A stretch of 64,000 nucleotides of DNA. Origin: Actinomycetales bacterium. Its GTDB lineage: Bacteria; Actinomycetota; Actinomycetes; Actinomycetales; JAHECE01. The stretch lies in assembly GCA_029975645.1 (NCBI GenBank), contig JARKOU010000037.1, positions 7,397 to 71,396 of the forward strand, written 5' to 3'. Below are positions 8,867 to 18,432 of this stretch, piece after piece (position 1 is the stretch's first letter; each line of letters opens with the position of its first letter). The position numbers and the translations under genes were made by a program. The notes under the pieces are model-generated. The model worked only from the letters and a program-made list of their open reading frames with translations, made no database searches and was not told the DNA's origin.

Positions 8867-10126
8867 CTAGCCCCAGATCGCGTCGAGGATTCGCGCGCGC
8901 ACCGCGCGCCAGGCCGGGGCGAGCGCCCCGAGCGCCGAGACCGCGACCAGGACGACGGCGCCCCGGCGCATCTCCTCCGCGGTCACGCTCAGCGTCACCG
9001 GCCCGATCGGGAACGGGAAGGGGTGCGCGTCCACGATCGGGACGGCCACGAAGACGAACGCCAAGCCCCCCGCGACCACCCCGACGACGGCGAACACCAC
9101 CGCCTTGACCACGTAGCTCAGGACGATCGCGCCGCCGCCGATCCCGATGGCCCGCTCGATGCCGATCGTGCGGCGCCGGCTCACGAGGTCCACGTACGTG
9201 ACGATGAAGACGGCGATCGCCGCGACGAGCATCGAGACGGCGTTGAGGATCGAGCGGATCGTGTCGAAGGAACCCGTGAGGTCCTCGATGGTGGTGGTCA
9301 GGCTCTGCCACGGCTCGTAGGTGAGATCGGGGCGCGTCGACTCGAGACTGGCGATGACCGCGTCCTCCCCGCCGAGGACCGCCACGTTCACGAACACCGC
9401 GGTCGCCTGCCCGGCGAGCGCCGGGACCAGCCGCTCCGCCGTCGCCGCCGGGACGAACGCCCGCAGGTTCGCCTGCGAGAGACCGGTGTCGTAGATCCCG
9501 CGCACGGTGAACGTGTGCGTCTGCCCGCCGACGAGCCCCACCTGCACCTCGTCACCGACGTGGACCGTCTGCAGTGAGGCGGGGAAGGTCACCGTGTCCT
9601 CGCGGTCCGCCCCGGCGATGCCGAGGCCGAGCACGATCTCGTCCGTGTCCCCCGGCTCGAGGAACTCGCCCTCGATCATCTCCTCGGGCGTGGCGAAGGT
9701 CTGGGCGTAGGACTCCGGGTCGACGGCGAGCACCGACCAGGAGCCGGCGCGGTTGCCCGCGCTCACCTGGGAGCCGGCGAGCGCCGTCGCCGTCGCGGCG
9801 GTGACCCCGGAGGTCCCGCGGGCGAGCGCGAGGAGGCCCTCGGCGTCGGCGATCGCCTGCTCGCCCTCGCCTGGCGTCACCGTCACGTCCCCGGTGACGT
9901 TCTCCCGCAGGACCGTCTCGATGTGGTCCGTGGCGCCCTGGATGAGCGCGGGGATGAAGAGGATCTCGGCGAAGATCGCCGCCATCATCAGCGTGGTCAG
10001 CAGCGCCACGCCGCGGTTGCCGCGCGTGATGGCCCGGCGGCTCACGAAGCCCGCCACGCGCACGGTGCGCGAGAACGACCCCGCCAGCGCCCTCAGACGT
10101 TCGGCCCTCACCCCAACGACCCTCAC
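8867..10126 (-). CDS. ABC transporter permease, FtsX/MacB-like (4 TM with large extracytoplasmic domain)
   Basis: N-terminal TM, a ~230-aa external domain, then three C-terminal TMs (FtsX-type). Its GTG start overlaps the ATPase stop (GTGA at 10123-10126). Confidence 0.8.
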   Translation of the reverse strand: MRVVGVRAERLRALAGSFSRTVRVAGFVSRRAITRGNRGVALLTTLMMAAIFAEILFIPALIQGATDHIETVLRENVTGDVTVTPGEGEQAIADAEGLLALARGTSGVTAATATALAGSQVSAGNRAGSWSVLAVDPESYAQTFATPEEMIEGEFLEPGDTDEIVLGLGIAGADREDTVTFPASLQTVHVGDEVQVGLVGGQTHTFTVRGIYDTGLSQANLRAFVPAATAERLVPALAGQATAVFVNVAVLGGEDAVIASLESTRPDLTYEPWQSLTTTIEDLTGSFDTIRSILNAVSMLVAAIAVFIVTYVDLVSRRRTIGIERAIGIGGGAIVLSYVVKAVVFAVVGVVAGGLAFVFVAVPIVDAHPFPFPIGPVTLSVTAEEMRRGAVVLVAVSALGALAPAWRAVRARILDAIWG

Positions 10127-10872
10127 AGGTACGGCCCCACGATCGCGCCGTCGCGCAGGTACACCACGCGGTTCGCGTAGCGGCGGTGGTCCGGGTCGTG
10201 CGAGACGAAGAGGATGGTGACGCCGAGGTCGCGGTTGGTCTGGGCCAGGGCGTCCATCACCTGCGTGGTGGAGGCGGTGTCGAGGTTCTCGGTGGGCTCG
10301 TCAGCGAACAGGATGGCCGGGTCGTTGACCAGGGCCCGGGCGATCGCGACGCGCTGCTGCTCGCCGCCGGACAGCTCGGCCGGGCGGTGGCGGGCGCGCT
10401 CCGCCAGGCCGAACATGTCGAGCAGGCGTCCCGAGCGCCGTCGGCACTCCGCGCGGGGCAGGCCCCGCATGAGTGCGGGGAGGAACACGTTCTCCTCGGC
10501 CGTCAACTCGCCCAGCAGCGCGTACTCCTGGAACACGTAGCCGAGCCGCTCGAGCCGCAGGGCGGTGCGCCGCGACTCCCGCAGGCCGGTCACGTCGACG
10601 CCGTCGATCACGATCCGGCCCGACGTGGGCCTGTCGATGAGCCCGAGCTGGTGCAGGAGCGTGGACTTGCCCGACCCGCTCTTGCCCATGAGGCACACCA
10701 TGTCGCCGACGGCGACGCGGAAGGTCACGTCGTCGAGCGCCCGGACCGCGGTGCGCCCCGCGCCGTAGACCCGCGTGAGGTTCGCGACTTCGAGGACGGG
10801 CGGGCGCGCGTCGTCGACTGGTGTGGCGCCGTCGGGCCCGTCCCACCGGTGCCGGCCGGGCGGGTCAGCCAC
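10123..10872 (-). CDS. ABC transporter ATP-binding protein (MacB/LolD-like)
   Basis: Walker A GKSGSGKST, signature LSGGEQQRV, Walker B ILFADEPT. The ~28-aa N-terminal extension means the true start may be internal. Confidence 0.9.
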   Translation of the reverse strand: MADPPGRHRWDGPDGATPVDDARPPVLEVANLTRVYGAGRTAVRALDDVTFRVAVGDMVCLMGKSGSGKSTLLHQLGLIDRPTSGRIVIDGVDVTGLRESRRTALRLERLGYVFQEYALLGELTAEENVFLPALMRGLPRAECRRRSGRLLDMFGLAERARHRPAELSGGEQQRVAIARALVNDPAILFADEPTENLDTASTTQVMDALAQTNRDLGVTILFVSHDPDHRRYANRVVYLRDGAIVGPYL

Positions 10873-10963
10873 GCAGACTCACCATGCCCGGACCGTACGA
10901 CCGGGGTTGCCGCCACCGCGTGAGGCGAAGGGCCTGCCCCTCTGCCCCTTCGGCCCGCTCCTC

Positions 10964-11455
10964 CTACGCCGTTGCGAGGATGCCGTCGATCTGGTTCATC
11001 GCGCCGACCATGCCCTCGATCACGCCCATGGCGACGAGTTGCTCCAACGCCTCGACCGTGGCGAAGGTCGAGACGATGGTCATCCGCGTGACGCCGCCGG
11101 CCTCGGGCGCGATGGTCACTCGCGCCGTCGTGGCCGGCATCGAGGTGTCCGGGTTGCCCTCGGCGTCGGCGAAGCCGTCCTCGAACTCCAGCGACCGCGG
11201 GGGGTCGACGGCGAGCACGCGCCACCAGCCGCGCGGCTGGTCTCCGGTGGGTCCGGTCATGTAGTAGGTGACCAGGCCGCCGGGGGTGAGGTCGTGGTCG
11301 ACGACGGTGGCCGGGTACATCGGCGGGCCCCACCACCGCTCGAGCAGGCGTGGGTTCGCCCACAGCTGCCAGACCTGCTCGGGCGTGGCGGTGTAGGTGG
11401 CCGAGATCGTCAGGGTCCGGGCCGCGGGGTCCTTGTGGACGTCGGTGATGGTCAT
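10964..11455 (-). CDS. SRPBCC-fold protein (AHSA1/Aha1-like START domain)
   Basis: Inner part of ORF 10964..11920. ATG at 11455 with SD AAGGAGGAG. PEQVWQLWANPRLLERWWGPP. Its start overlaps the ArsR stop (ATGA). Confidence 0.8.
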   Translation of the reverse strand: MTITDVHKDPAARTLTISATYTATPEQVWQLWANPRLLERWWGPPMYPATVVDHDLTPGGLVTYYMTGPTGDQPRGWWRVLAVDPPRSLEFEDGFADAEGNPDTSMPATTARVTIAPEAGGVTRMTIVSTFATVEALEQLVAMGVIEGMVGAMNQIDGILATA

Positions 11456-11895
11456 GTCCGCTCCTCCTTGGGCAGGTCGGGGGGTGAGGCAGGGTCGAGA
11501 CGTGGATCCAGCTCGCGGGGTGGCTCGGTTCGGTGAGCTGTCACCTCGGCGAGGACGTCGCCGAACGTCTCGAGGCGGGTGCGCCAGACGTCCTCGAGGA
11601 CCTGCAGCGCCCGCCGCGTCTCGCGCAGCGCGTCGACCTCGCCGCGGATGATCTGCTCCCGCCCGCGGCGGTGCTTGGTGACGAGGCCGGCCCGTTCGAG
11701 GACGCCCACGTGCTTCTGCACGGCGGCGAACGTCATCGGATATGCCCCTGCCAGCGTCGAGATCGACTGCTCCCGGCCCAGGGTGCGGGCGAGGATGTCG
11801 CGGCGCGTCGCGTCGGCGAGGGCGTGCAGGGCGAGGCTGGTTCGCTCCTGCACGTCGGCGACAGATCCCGAATGTGCAACCATTTGGTTGCACAT
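11452..11895 (-). CDS. ArsR/SmtB-family transcriptional regulator
   Basis: wHTH LADATRRDILARTL..STLAGAYPMTFAAVQKHVGVLERAGLV. SD GGAGG lies 4 nt before the ATG at 11895. Confidence 0.85.
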   Translation of the reverse strand: MCNQMVAHSGSVADVQERTSLALHALADATRRDILARTLGREQSISTLAGAYPMTFAAVQKHVGVLERAGLVTKHRRGREQIIRGEVDALRETRRALQVLEDVWRTRLETFGDVLAEVTAHRTEPPRELDPRLDPASPPDLPKEERT

Positions 11896-11896
11896 T
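11871..11896. promoter_or_regulatory. Perfect 12-2-12 inverted repeat AATGTGCAACCA-tt-TGGTTGCACATT; candidate ArsR/SmtB operator
   Basis: Read directly; both 12-nt arms are exact reverse complements. It overlaps the arsR start codon. The 12-2-12 geometry is the classical SmtB/ArsR operator layout. Confidence 0.7.
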
Positions 11897-11926
11897 AGCC
11901 TCCGGAAGGCCGGACGACAAGACCCG

Positions 11927-12802
11927 TCAGTACGGCGTCGGGATGTGACGCAGGGGGAGGTCCGGTTCCGCGTAGCCCTCGGGCTCCTGCCGCTCGGGGA
12001 GTTCGACGTCGTTCTCCGGCAGCGGCGTGTAGGGGATGCGCGAGAGCAGGTGGCTGATGATGTTGAGGCGCCCGCGCTTCTTGTCCTCGGTGTCCGCGAT
12101 CCACCAGGGCGCCCACGAGGTGTCCGTGGCGGCGAGCATCGCGTCCCGGGCGCGCGAGTAGTCGTACCACCGGCTGTAGGACAGCAAGTCCATGTCGGAG
12201 AGCTTCCACACCTTGCGCGGGTCGTGGATCCGGCCCTCGATCCGGCGGGTCTGCTCCTCCGCGCTGACCTCGAGCCAGTACTTGATGAGGATGATCCCGG
12301 ACTCGACCATCGCCTTCTCGACCGCAGGCGCCATGTCCAGGAACTTCTGGGTCTCCTCCGGGGTGCAGAAGCCCATCACCCGCTCGACGCCCGCGCGGTT
12401 GTACCAGCTGCGGTCGAAGATGACCACCTCGCCCGCGGCCGGGAAGTGCGGGAGGTAGCGCTGGACGTACATCTGGCTCTTCTCGCGCTCGGTGGGCGCC
12501 GGGAGCGCGATCACGCGGAACACGCGCGGGCTCACCCGCTCGGTGATCCGCTTGATCGTGCCGCCCTTGCCCGCCGTGTCCCGCCCCTCGAACACGACGC
12601 AGACCTTGGCCCCGGTGGCCTTCACCCACTCCTGCATCGCGACGAGCTCGCCGTGGAGGCGGGCCATCTCGGACTCGTACTCCTTCCGGCTCAGCTTGGC
12701 CGTCGCGCCGGCCTCACCGGCGGTCGCGGCCTCCTGGCCGGTCCGAACGGCGCCCGGCCGCCCCTTCGGGGCGCCCTTCTTCTTGTCCTTCTTCTTGCCC
12801 AT
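11927..12802 (-). CDS. ppk2: Polyphosphate kinase 2 (PPK2 family)
   Basis: VVFEGRDTAGKGGTIKRI, QRYLPHFPAAGEVVIFDRSWYNRAGVERVMGF and WKLSDMD, over the full-length ORF. Confidence 0.9.
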   Translation of the reverse strand: MGKKKDKKKGAPKGRPGAVRTGQEAATAGEAGATAKLSRKEYESEMARLHGELVAMQEWVKATGAKVCVVFEGRDTAGKGGTIKRITERVSPRVFRVIALPAPTEREKSQMYVQRYLPHFPAAGEVVIFDRSWYNRAGVERVMGFCTPEETQKFLDMAPAVEKAMVESGIILIKYWLEVSAEEQTRRIEGRIHDPRKVWKLSDMDLLSYSRWYDYSRARDAMLAATDTSWAPWWIADTEDKKRGRLNIISHLLSRIPYTPLPENDVELPERQEPEGYAEPDLPLRHIPTPY

Positions 12803-12820
12803 GCTCGTTCGCCTCCCGCA

Positions 12821-15610
12821 TCATCGCGTTGACGTGGTCGCGAGCGCCCGCTCCGGGGCGACCGCTCGCTGGGCTTCCGGGACCGGCGCGGTCGGCATCC
12901 GGCGCCGGCGAACCCACTTGCTGACCTCGATCACGATCGGCAAGGCCAGTGCGAGCACGACCGTGGTGAGCCACTGCCGGCCGTCCAGCGCTGTGGTCAT
13001 GAGCGCGCCCTGCAGGTCCGGCAACTCGGTCGCCAGGAACAGGGCGGCGATCGGCACGATGGAGATCGCCGCCGCCTTCAGCACGGGTGCGGTGAGGCCG
13101 CTCGTGGGGTCGCGACGGTTCGTCAGGGCGTTGAACACGGTCCCGAAGCCCAGCACCACGAACGTCATGGTCATCGAGACCGAGGCCGTCTCGGTGCTGG
13201 GCGCGTCGGGGCCGAACACGAGCGGCGTGAAGGACGCCAGGAAGAGCACGCCTCCGTAGACCACCCACCACGTGACGGCGGCGCGGTTCGTGATGGTCAA
13301 CTTCGGGTCGCGCGGCGGCCGGCTCATCACGTCGGGGTCGCCCGGGTCGACGGCGATCACGACGACGCCCGCGACGGTCACGAAGAAGAGCAGGAACAGC
13401 ACCATCGTCGGCGTCAGCGCGACGCCCTCGTTCACGTTGAAGATCGTCGCTGCGACGAACAGCATGATCAGCGAGAGCAACTGCGTCATCTGGAACCGGA
13501 TGTAGGAGACGACCTTGTCGTAGACCCGCCGGCCGAGCTCGACCGCGTGGACCAGCGTCCCGAAGTTGTCGTCGGTGAGGATCATCCGCGCGGCCTGCTT
13601 GGTGACCTCGCTGCCGCTGCCCATCGCCACGCCGATGTCCGCCTGCTTGAGCGCCGCGGCGTCGTTCACCGCATCGCCCGTCATCGCGACGACGGCGCCC
13701 TGCTCCTGCATCACGCGCGCCAGGCGCAACTTGTCCTCCGGCGTCACCCGCCCGAAGACGTGCAACTGTGGGAGGCGCGCCTTCAACTCGTCGTCGGACA
13801 TCGCGGCGAGTTCCGTGCCGCTGATCGCGCCCGGGCCGAGGCCCAGTTGCTCGCCGATGGCACCCGCGGTGACCGCGTGGTCGCCGGTGATCATCCGGAC
13901 GTCGATGCCGGCCCGGAGTGCGACGGCGACCGCGTCCTTCGAGGACGGGCGCAGCGGGTCGATGATCCCCACGAGACCTGCGAAGGACAGGTCGTGGACC
14001 AGCGACATCGGGTCCTGCTGACCGGCCTCGAACTCGGCGTCGTCCACCACGCGCGCGGCGAACGCGAGCACTCGGAGGCCCTTCTCCCCCATGCGCTCGT
14101 TCGCGTCGTCGATCGCGCCGCGCGCCTCGGCGATCGGCACCCGGTCGTGGAACGGGCCGCCGGAGGTGGCGCAACGCGCGAGAACGACGTCGGGGCCACC
14201 CTTGACGAGTTGGATCACGCGCTCGACGCCGTCGACCGGCACGCGGTGGAACGTCGCCATGAACTTGTAGTCGGAGTCGAACGGGACCTCCGCGATGCGG
14301 GGGTACGCCCGGCGCGTCTCCTCGGCGTCCACGCCGAGTTTCGCGGCGATCACCACGAGCGCCGCCTCGGTGGGGTCGCCCACCACGTCACCGGCGTCGG
14401 ACACCGTCGCGTCCGAGTCGAGCACGAGGCCGAGCGCGAGCCGGGTGAAGTCCGGCGTCGGGACCCCGGCGACCGACCGGATCACGCCGGTCTTCTGGTA
14501 GCCCTCGCCGCTGACCGTGAACCACGAGCCGTTCGCGTAGATGGTCGAGACCATCATCTGGTTCAGCGTCAGCGTGCCCGTCTTGTCCGTGTTGATCAGG
14601 CTCGTGGCGCCCAGCGTCTCGACGTCGGCGAGGTTCTTCACCACGGCCCTGGCCTCGGCGAGCTGCTTGGCGCCCATCGAGAGCAGGCCGGAGACGAAGG
14701 CCGGCAGGCCGGTGGGGATGGCGGAGATCGCCATCGCGGTGCCGAGGAGGAGCAACTGGTTGAAGGGCATCCCGCGCACCAGGCCCACCACCACGATGAA
14801 CGCCACGGCGGTCCAGGCGATGATCCCGATCACCTTGGTGAGGGAGTCGAGTTCGCGCTGGAGGGGTGAGCGGGTGCGCGTGACGGAGGTCAGCATCGTC
14901 GCGATCTGACCCATCTGGGTGTTCATCCCGGTTGCCGTGATCACGATCGCGCCGGTGCCGCGGGTCACCGAGGTGTTCTGGAAGAGCATGTTCGTCCGGT
15001 CGCCCAGGGCGACCTCGCCGTCGGGGAGCACGCCGGCGTTCTTCGCGACCGGCGCGCTTTCGCCGGTGAGCGCCGCCTCCTGGGCCTCGAGGGTCGCGGA
15101 CCGCACGATCCGGCCGTCGGCGGGGACGATGTCACCGGCCTCGAGCTGCACGACGTCGCCGGGCACCAGGTCCGCGGCCGGGACCAGGACCACCGTTCCG
15201 CCGCGGACCGTCTTGGCCTGCGGCACCTGGAGGTTCGCGAGGGCGTCGACGCTGGCGCGGGCCTTCAGTTCCTGGCGGCTGCCCAGCACCACGTTCAGCA
15301 GGATGAGCAGGCCCACGATGATCCCGGTGGAGAACTCCTGGATCAGCAGGCTGACCAGCGCGACCGCGACGAGCATCAGGTTCATGGGGTCGCGCAGCTG
15401 CGCGAAGGCGACCGCCCAGACCGACGGCGGCTTCTCCCCGACGATGGCGTTCGGGCCGTGCGTCCTCAGGCGGTTCGCCGCCTCCGGCGCGGTGAGGCCC
15501 CGGTCGGGATCGGTACCCAGGGCGGCGGCGACCGCTCTGCTCTCCCGCGCGTACGGCCGGTCGATCGTCGGCGCGCTGGAGCCGGGGGCGGTGGTGGGGG
15601 CCTCGCTCAT
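12821..15610 (-). CDS. Cation-translocating P-type ATPase (P2-like) with atypical M4 motif IPTGLP
   Basis: Inner part of ORF 12821..15682. The ATG at 15610 overlaps the patatin stop (ATGA). Motifs TGES, NTDKTGTLT, TGDHAVTA and MTGDAVNDAAALKQADIGVAMG. Confidence 0.9.
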   Translation of the reverse strand: MSEAPTTAPGSSAPTIDRPYARESRAVAAALGTDPDRGLTAPEAANRLRTHGPNAIVGEKPPSVWAVAFAQLRDPMNLMLVAVALVSLLIQEFSTGIIVGLLILLNVVLGSRQELKARASVDALANLQVPQAKTVRGGTVVLVPAADLVPGDVVQLEAGDIVPADGRIVRSATLEAQEAALTGESAPVAKNAGVLPDGEVALGDRTNMLFQNTSVTRGTGAIVITATGMNTQMGQIATMLTSVTRTRSPLQRELDSLTKVIGIIAWTAVAFIVVVGLVRGMPFNQLLLLGTAMAISAIPTGLPAFVSGLLSMGAKQLAEARAVVKNLADVETLGATSLINTDKTGTLTLNQMMVSTIYANGSWFTVSGEGYQKTGVIRSVAGVPTPDFTRLALGLVLDSDATVSDAGDVVGDPTEAALVVIAAKLGVDAEETRRAYPRIAEVPFDSDYKFMATFHRVPVDGVERVIQLVKGGPDVVLARCATSGGPFHDRVPIAEARGAIDDANERMGEKGLRVLAFAARVVDDAEFEAGQQDPMSLVHDLSFAGLVGIIDPLRPSSKDAVAVALRAGIDVRMITGDHAVTAGAIGEQLGLGPGAISGTELAAMSDDELKARLPQLHVFGRVTPEDKLRLARVMQEQGAVVAMTGDAVNDAAALKQADIGVAMGSGSEVTKQAARMILTDDNFGTLVHAVELGRRVYDKVVSYIRFQMTQLLSLIMLFVAATIFNVNEGVALTPTMVLFLLFFVTVAGVVVIAVDPGDPDVMSRPPRDPKLTITNRAAVTWWVVYGGVLFLASFTPLVFGPDAPSTETASVSMTMTFVVLGFGTVFNALTNRRDPTSGLTAPVLKAAAISIVPIAALFLATELPDLQGALMTTALDGRQWLTTVVLALALPIVIEVSKWVRRRRMPTAPVPEAQRAVAPERALATTSTR

Positions 15611-16626
15611 GAGACGTACTCCCTGGGCCGGGTGGGGTCCGCGACCGCACGGACGTGGTGCCGTTCGGTCGCGGGACTGCATGACGTTGTGGAGAGCCGG
15701 GTGCCGTCCTCGACGCCGGCCCGGACACTCGCCGGGCGCCGTCGGACGTCCAGCGTGGTGACCCTCCGGCCGAGCACGGCCGCCGAGCGCTCGGGGCGCA
15801 GGACCACCACGTGCGTGCCCTGCGCGCGCAGCGCGTGCACCTCGTGGTCCAGGTTGCCCCGGTCGGACGGCGCGACGATCGTGACCTCGTCGTAGCCCCT
15901 CGCCAGGTCGGCGTTGGTCTGCGACGCGGTGCCACCGTCACCGTAACGCTCGCCGCCGACAGTCACCGGCGCCACGAGCAACGGCACCGCCGTGCTCGCC
16001 GCGACCACGCGGGCCAAGGGCTCCCCGGCAGCCCGGTCGAACGTCCGGCGGGTTCCGCTGCGCAAGTGCAGGGCGGTGATCATCAGTCGCTCGGGCCACT
16101 CCCGGACCGGGCCGAGCTCGCCGCTCCAGTAGGCCACCCAGCGCGGGTTGTCCCGCGGGTGACGGGTGAGCGCGAAGTCCCCGACCTGCGCGAGTTCGTC
16201 GCTGCGTGGCGCACGGGGCTCGCGCAGAGCACGCAGGCCCGTCGCCGCTGCGCCCGCCGCCCGGGGACCGCGCGCGGCGGCGTATCGCCCGAAGGCGGCG
16301 GCGCCCGCCGTCGTCGTCCAGGCGTGCGGAAGCCAGCCGAGGCCTTGCCGTCGCCCGAGGCGCAGGGCGTCCACGAGGCGGGTGTCCGACGCCGCCCGCA
16401 ACCGGCGGTCGGCGTCGACGGGATCGGCGCGCAGGATGCGGTCGCAAAGGACGCCGAGGTGGCCGGACAGGAGCCAGGCCCCCACGAACGCCCCGGCCGA
16501 CGAGCCGACCACGAGGTCCCAGTAGCCCGCTCCCAGGCCGGTGGACTCCATCCCGCGGAGCAGGCCCGTCTCCCAGGCGATGCCGGTGGCCCCGCCGCTG
16601 CCGAGCACGAGCGCACGTGTGGTCAC
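15607..16626 (-). CDS. Patatin-like phospholipase
   Basis: Inner part of ORF 15607..16959. GTG at 16626 with SD GGAGG. LVLGSGGATGIAWETG (oxyanion Gly loop), GSSAG (GxSxG) and GDGG (catalytic Asp). Confidence 0.8.
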   Translation of the reverse strand: MTTRALVLGSGGATGIAWETGLLRGMESTGLGAGYWDLVVGSSAGAFVGAWLLSGHLGVLCDRILRADPVDADRRLRAASDTRLVDALRLGRRQGLGWLPHAWTTTAGAAAFGRYAAARGPRAAGAAATGLRALREPRAPRSDELAQVGDFALTRHPRDNPRWVAYWSGELGPVREWPERLMITALHLRSGTRRTFDRAAGEPLARVVAASTAVPLLVAPVTVGGERYGDGGTASQTNADLARGYDEVTIVAPSDRGNLDHEVHALRAQGTHVVVLRPERSAAVLGRRVTTLDVRRRPASVRAGVEDGTRLSTTSCSPATERHHVRAVADPTRPREYVS

Positions 16627-16786
16627 TCGCACACCTCCACCGCAGGACGCCCGCTCGCCGGCCGAGCGGCCGTCGGAACCCGAGACCGCCAGTATCGCAT
16701 TCAGGGGCTCATTCATCGAGGCTGTCGGCCCGATGTCGGACCACCCGGCTAGTGTTCGGCCGAGATACAGACGGGAAGGATCCCAC

Positions 16787-18412
16787 GTGACAACGAGCGC
16801 ACCGTCCAAGGTCGCGGCCGCGGGAGCGGGGCTGGTGCTCCTCACCCTGGCCTCCGGCCAGTTCCTCATGACCCTCGACTCCTCGGTCATGAACGTCTCG
16901 ATGGCTACGGTGGCGGCGGACGTCGGGACCACGATCACCGGCATCCAGACGGCCATCACGCTCTACACGCTGGTCATGGCCACCCTCATGATCACCGGCG
17001 GCAAGATCGGCTCGAACATCGGGCGCCGTCGCGCCTTCACGATCGGCTGCGTGATCTACGGCGCCGGCTCGCTGGTGACCGGGCTGGCGCCGAGCCTGCC
17101 CGTGCTGATCTTCGGGTGGTCGTTCCTGGAGGGCGTCGGCGCGGCGCTGATCATGCCGGCGATCGTGGCCCTGGTGGCGGGGAACTTCCCCGCTGAGCAG
17201 CGGCCCCGCGCGTACGGCCTGGTGGCGGCGGCGGGCGCGATCGCCGTCGCCCTCGGGCCCCTCATCGGCGGCGCGGCCACCACGTTCTTCTCGTGGCGCT
17301 ATGTGTTCTTCGGCGAGGTGATCCTGGTCCTCGCGATCCTCGCCGTGTCGAGGAAGATCGCTGACCCGCCGGTGGAGAACCCGGCCCGGCTCGACGTCGT
17401 CGGCACGCTGCTCTCGGTGCTCGGCCTCGGCATGGCCGTCTACGGGGTGCTCCGCCTGAGCGAGTGGGGTCTCATCAAGCCGCGGGCGGGGGCGCCGGAC
17501 ATCCTCGGCATCTCCATGACGTTCTGGCTCGTGGTGGCCGGCCTGCTGGTGGTCTGGCTGTTCTTCCGGTGGGAGAACCACCGGATCGCGCAGGGCCGCG
17601 AGCCCTTGCTCCGCCCGGAGCTGCTCTCCGTGAAGCAGCTCAACGGCGGGCTGATCATGTTCCTGTTCCAGTTCCTGCTGCAGGCCGGCGTCTTCTTCGT
17701 GGTGCCACTCTTCCTCTCGGTGGTCCTCGCGCTCTCGGCCATCGAGACCGGCGTCCGGATCCTGCCGCTCTCGATCTCGCTGCTCATCGCCGCCGTCGGG
17801 ATCCCCAAGGTGTGGCCGCACGCCTCGCCACGGCGCGTAATCCGCGTGGGGGTGCTCCTCATGCTCGGCGGCATCCTCGTGCTGATGTCCGGGATCGACA
17901 TCGGCGCCACGGCCGCGGTGGTCGCCGTGCCGATGTTCCTCATCGGTCTGGGCATCGGCGCGCTGGCCTCGCAACTCGGCGCCGTCACGGTCTCGGCCGT
18001 GCCGGACGAGATGAGCGGCGACGTCGGCGGCCTGCAGAACACGGCCACGAACCTGGGCGCCTCTCTCGGCACGGCGCTCGCCGGGTCGGTGCTGATCGTC
18101 ATCCTCACCGGGTCGTTCCTCGCCGGGATCGCGCAGAACCCCGCCGTCCCGGCCGAGGTGACGGCCGCCGCGCAGGTCAACCTCGCCGCCGGCGCCCCGT
18201 TCCTGTCCGAAGCCCAGCTCACCGAGGCGCTCGACGCCGCGGGCGTGGACCCGGCCGTGAGCCAGGAACTGATCGCCCAGAACGCCGCGTCCCAGACCCA
18301 GGCCCTCGATGCCTCGTTGGGCATCCTGGCCCTGCTCGCGCTGGTCTCGCTCTTCTTCACCGGCCGGATCCCCGACCGCGCGGTGGGCGATCCGGCACCG
18401 GCGGAGGTCTGA
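16787..18412 (+). CDS. MFS transporter, DHA2/EmrB-like (14 TM)
   Basis: Inner part of ORF 16541..18412. GTG at 16787 with SD GGAAGGA. LDSSVMNVSMATVAADVG, GGKIGSNIGRRRAF and LEGVGAALIMPA. Confidence 0.85.
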   Translation: MTTSAPSKVAAAGAGLVLLTLASGQFLMTLDSSVMNVSMATVAADVGTTITGIQTAITLYTLVMATLMITGGKIGSNIGRRRAFTIGCVIYGAGSLVTGLAPSLPVLIFGWSFLEGVGAALIMPAIVALVAGNFPAEQRPRAYGLVAAAGAIAVALGPLIGGAATTFFSWRYVFFGEVILVLAILAVSRKIADPPVENPARLDVVGTLLSVLGLGMAVYGVLRLSEWGLIKPRAGAPDILGISMTFWLVVAGLLVVWLFFRWENHRIAQGREPLLRPELLSVKQLNGGLIMFLFQFLLQAGVFFVVPLFLSVVLALSAIETGVRILPLSISLLIAAVGIPKVWPHASPRRVIRVGVLLMLGGILVLMSGIDIGATAAVVAVPMFLIGLGIGALASQLGAVTVSAVPDEMSGDVGGLQNTATNLGASLGTALAGSVLIVILTGSFLAGIAQNPAVPAEVTAAAQVNLAAGAPFLSEAQLTEALDAAGVDPAVSQELIAQNAASQTQALDASLGILALLALVSLFFTGRIPDRAVGDPAPAEV

Positions 18413-18432
18413 CCTGGGCCGCGGTGCGCGCG

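Noticed and set aside
15607-16626. Patatin-like lipase as a CBASS (CapV-type) or other anti-phage effector
   Set aside because: No CD-NTase/cyclase, SMODS, TIR, STING or other sensor gene lies adjacent. The gene is coupled to a P-type ATPase instead, so nothing in the window supports a defence-system call.
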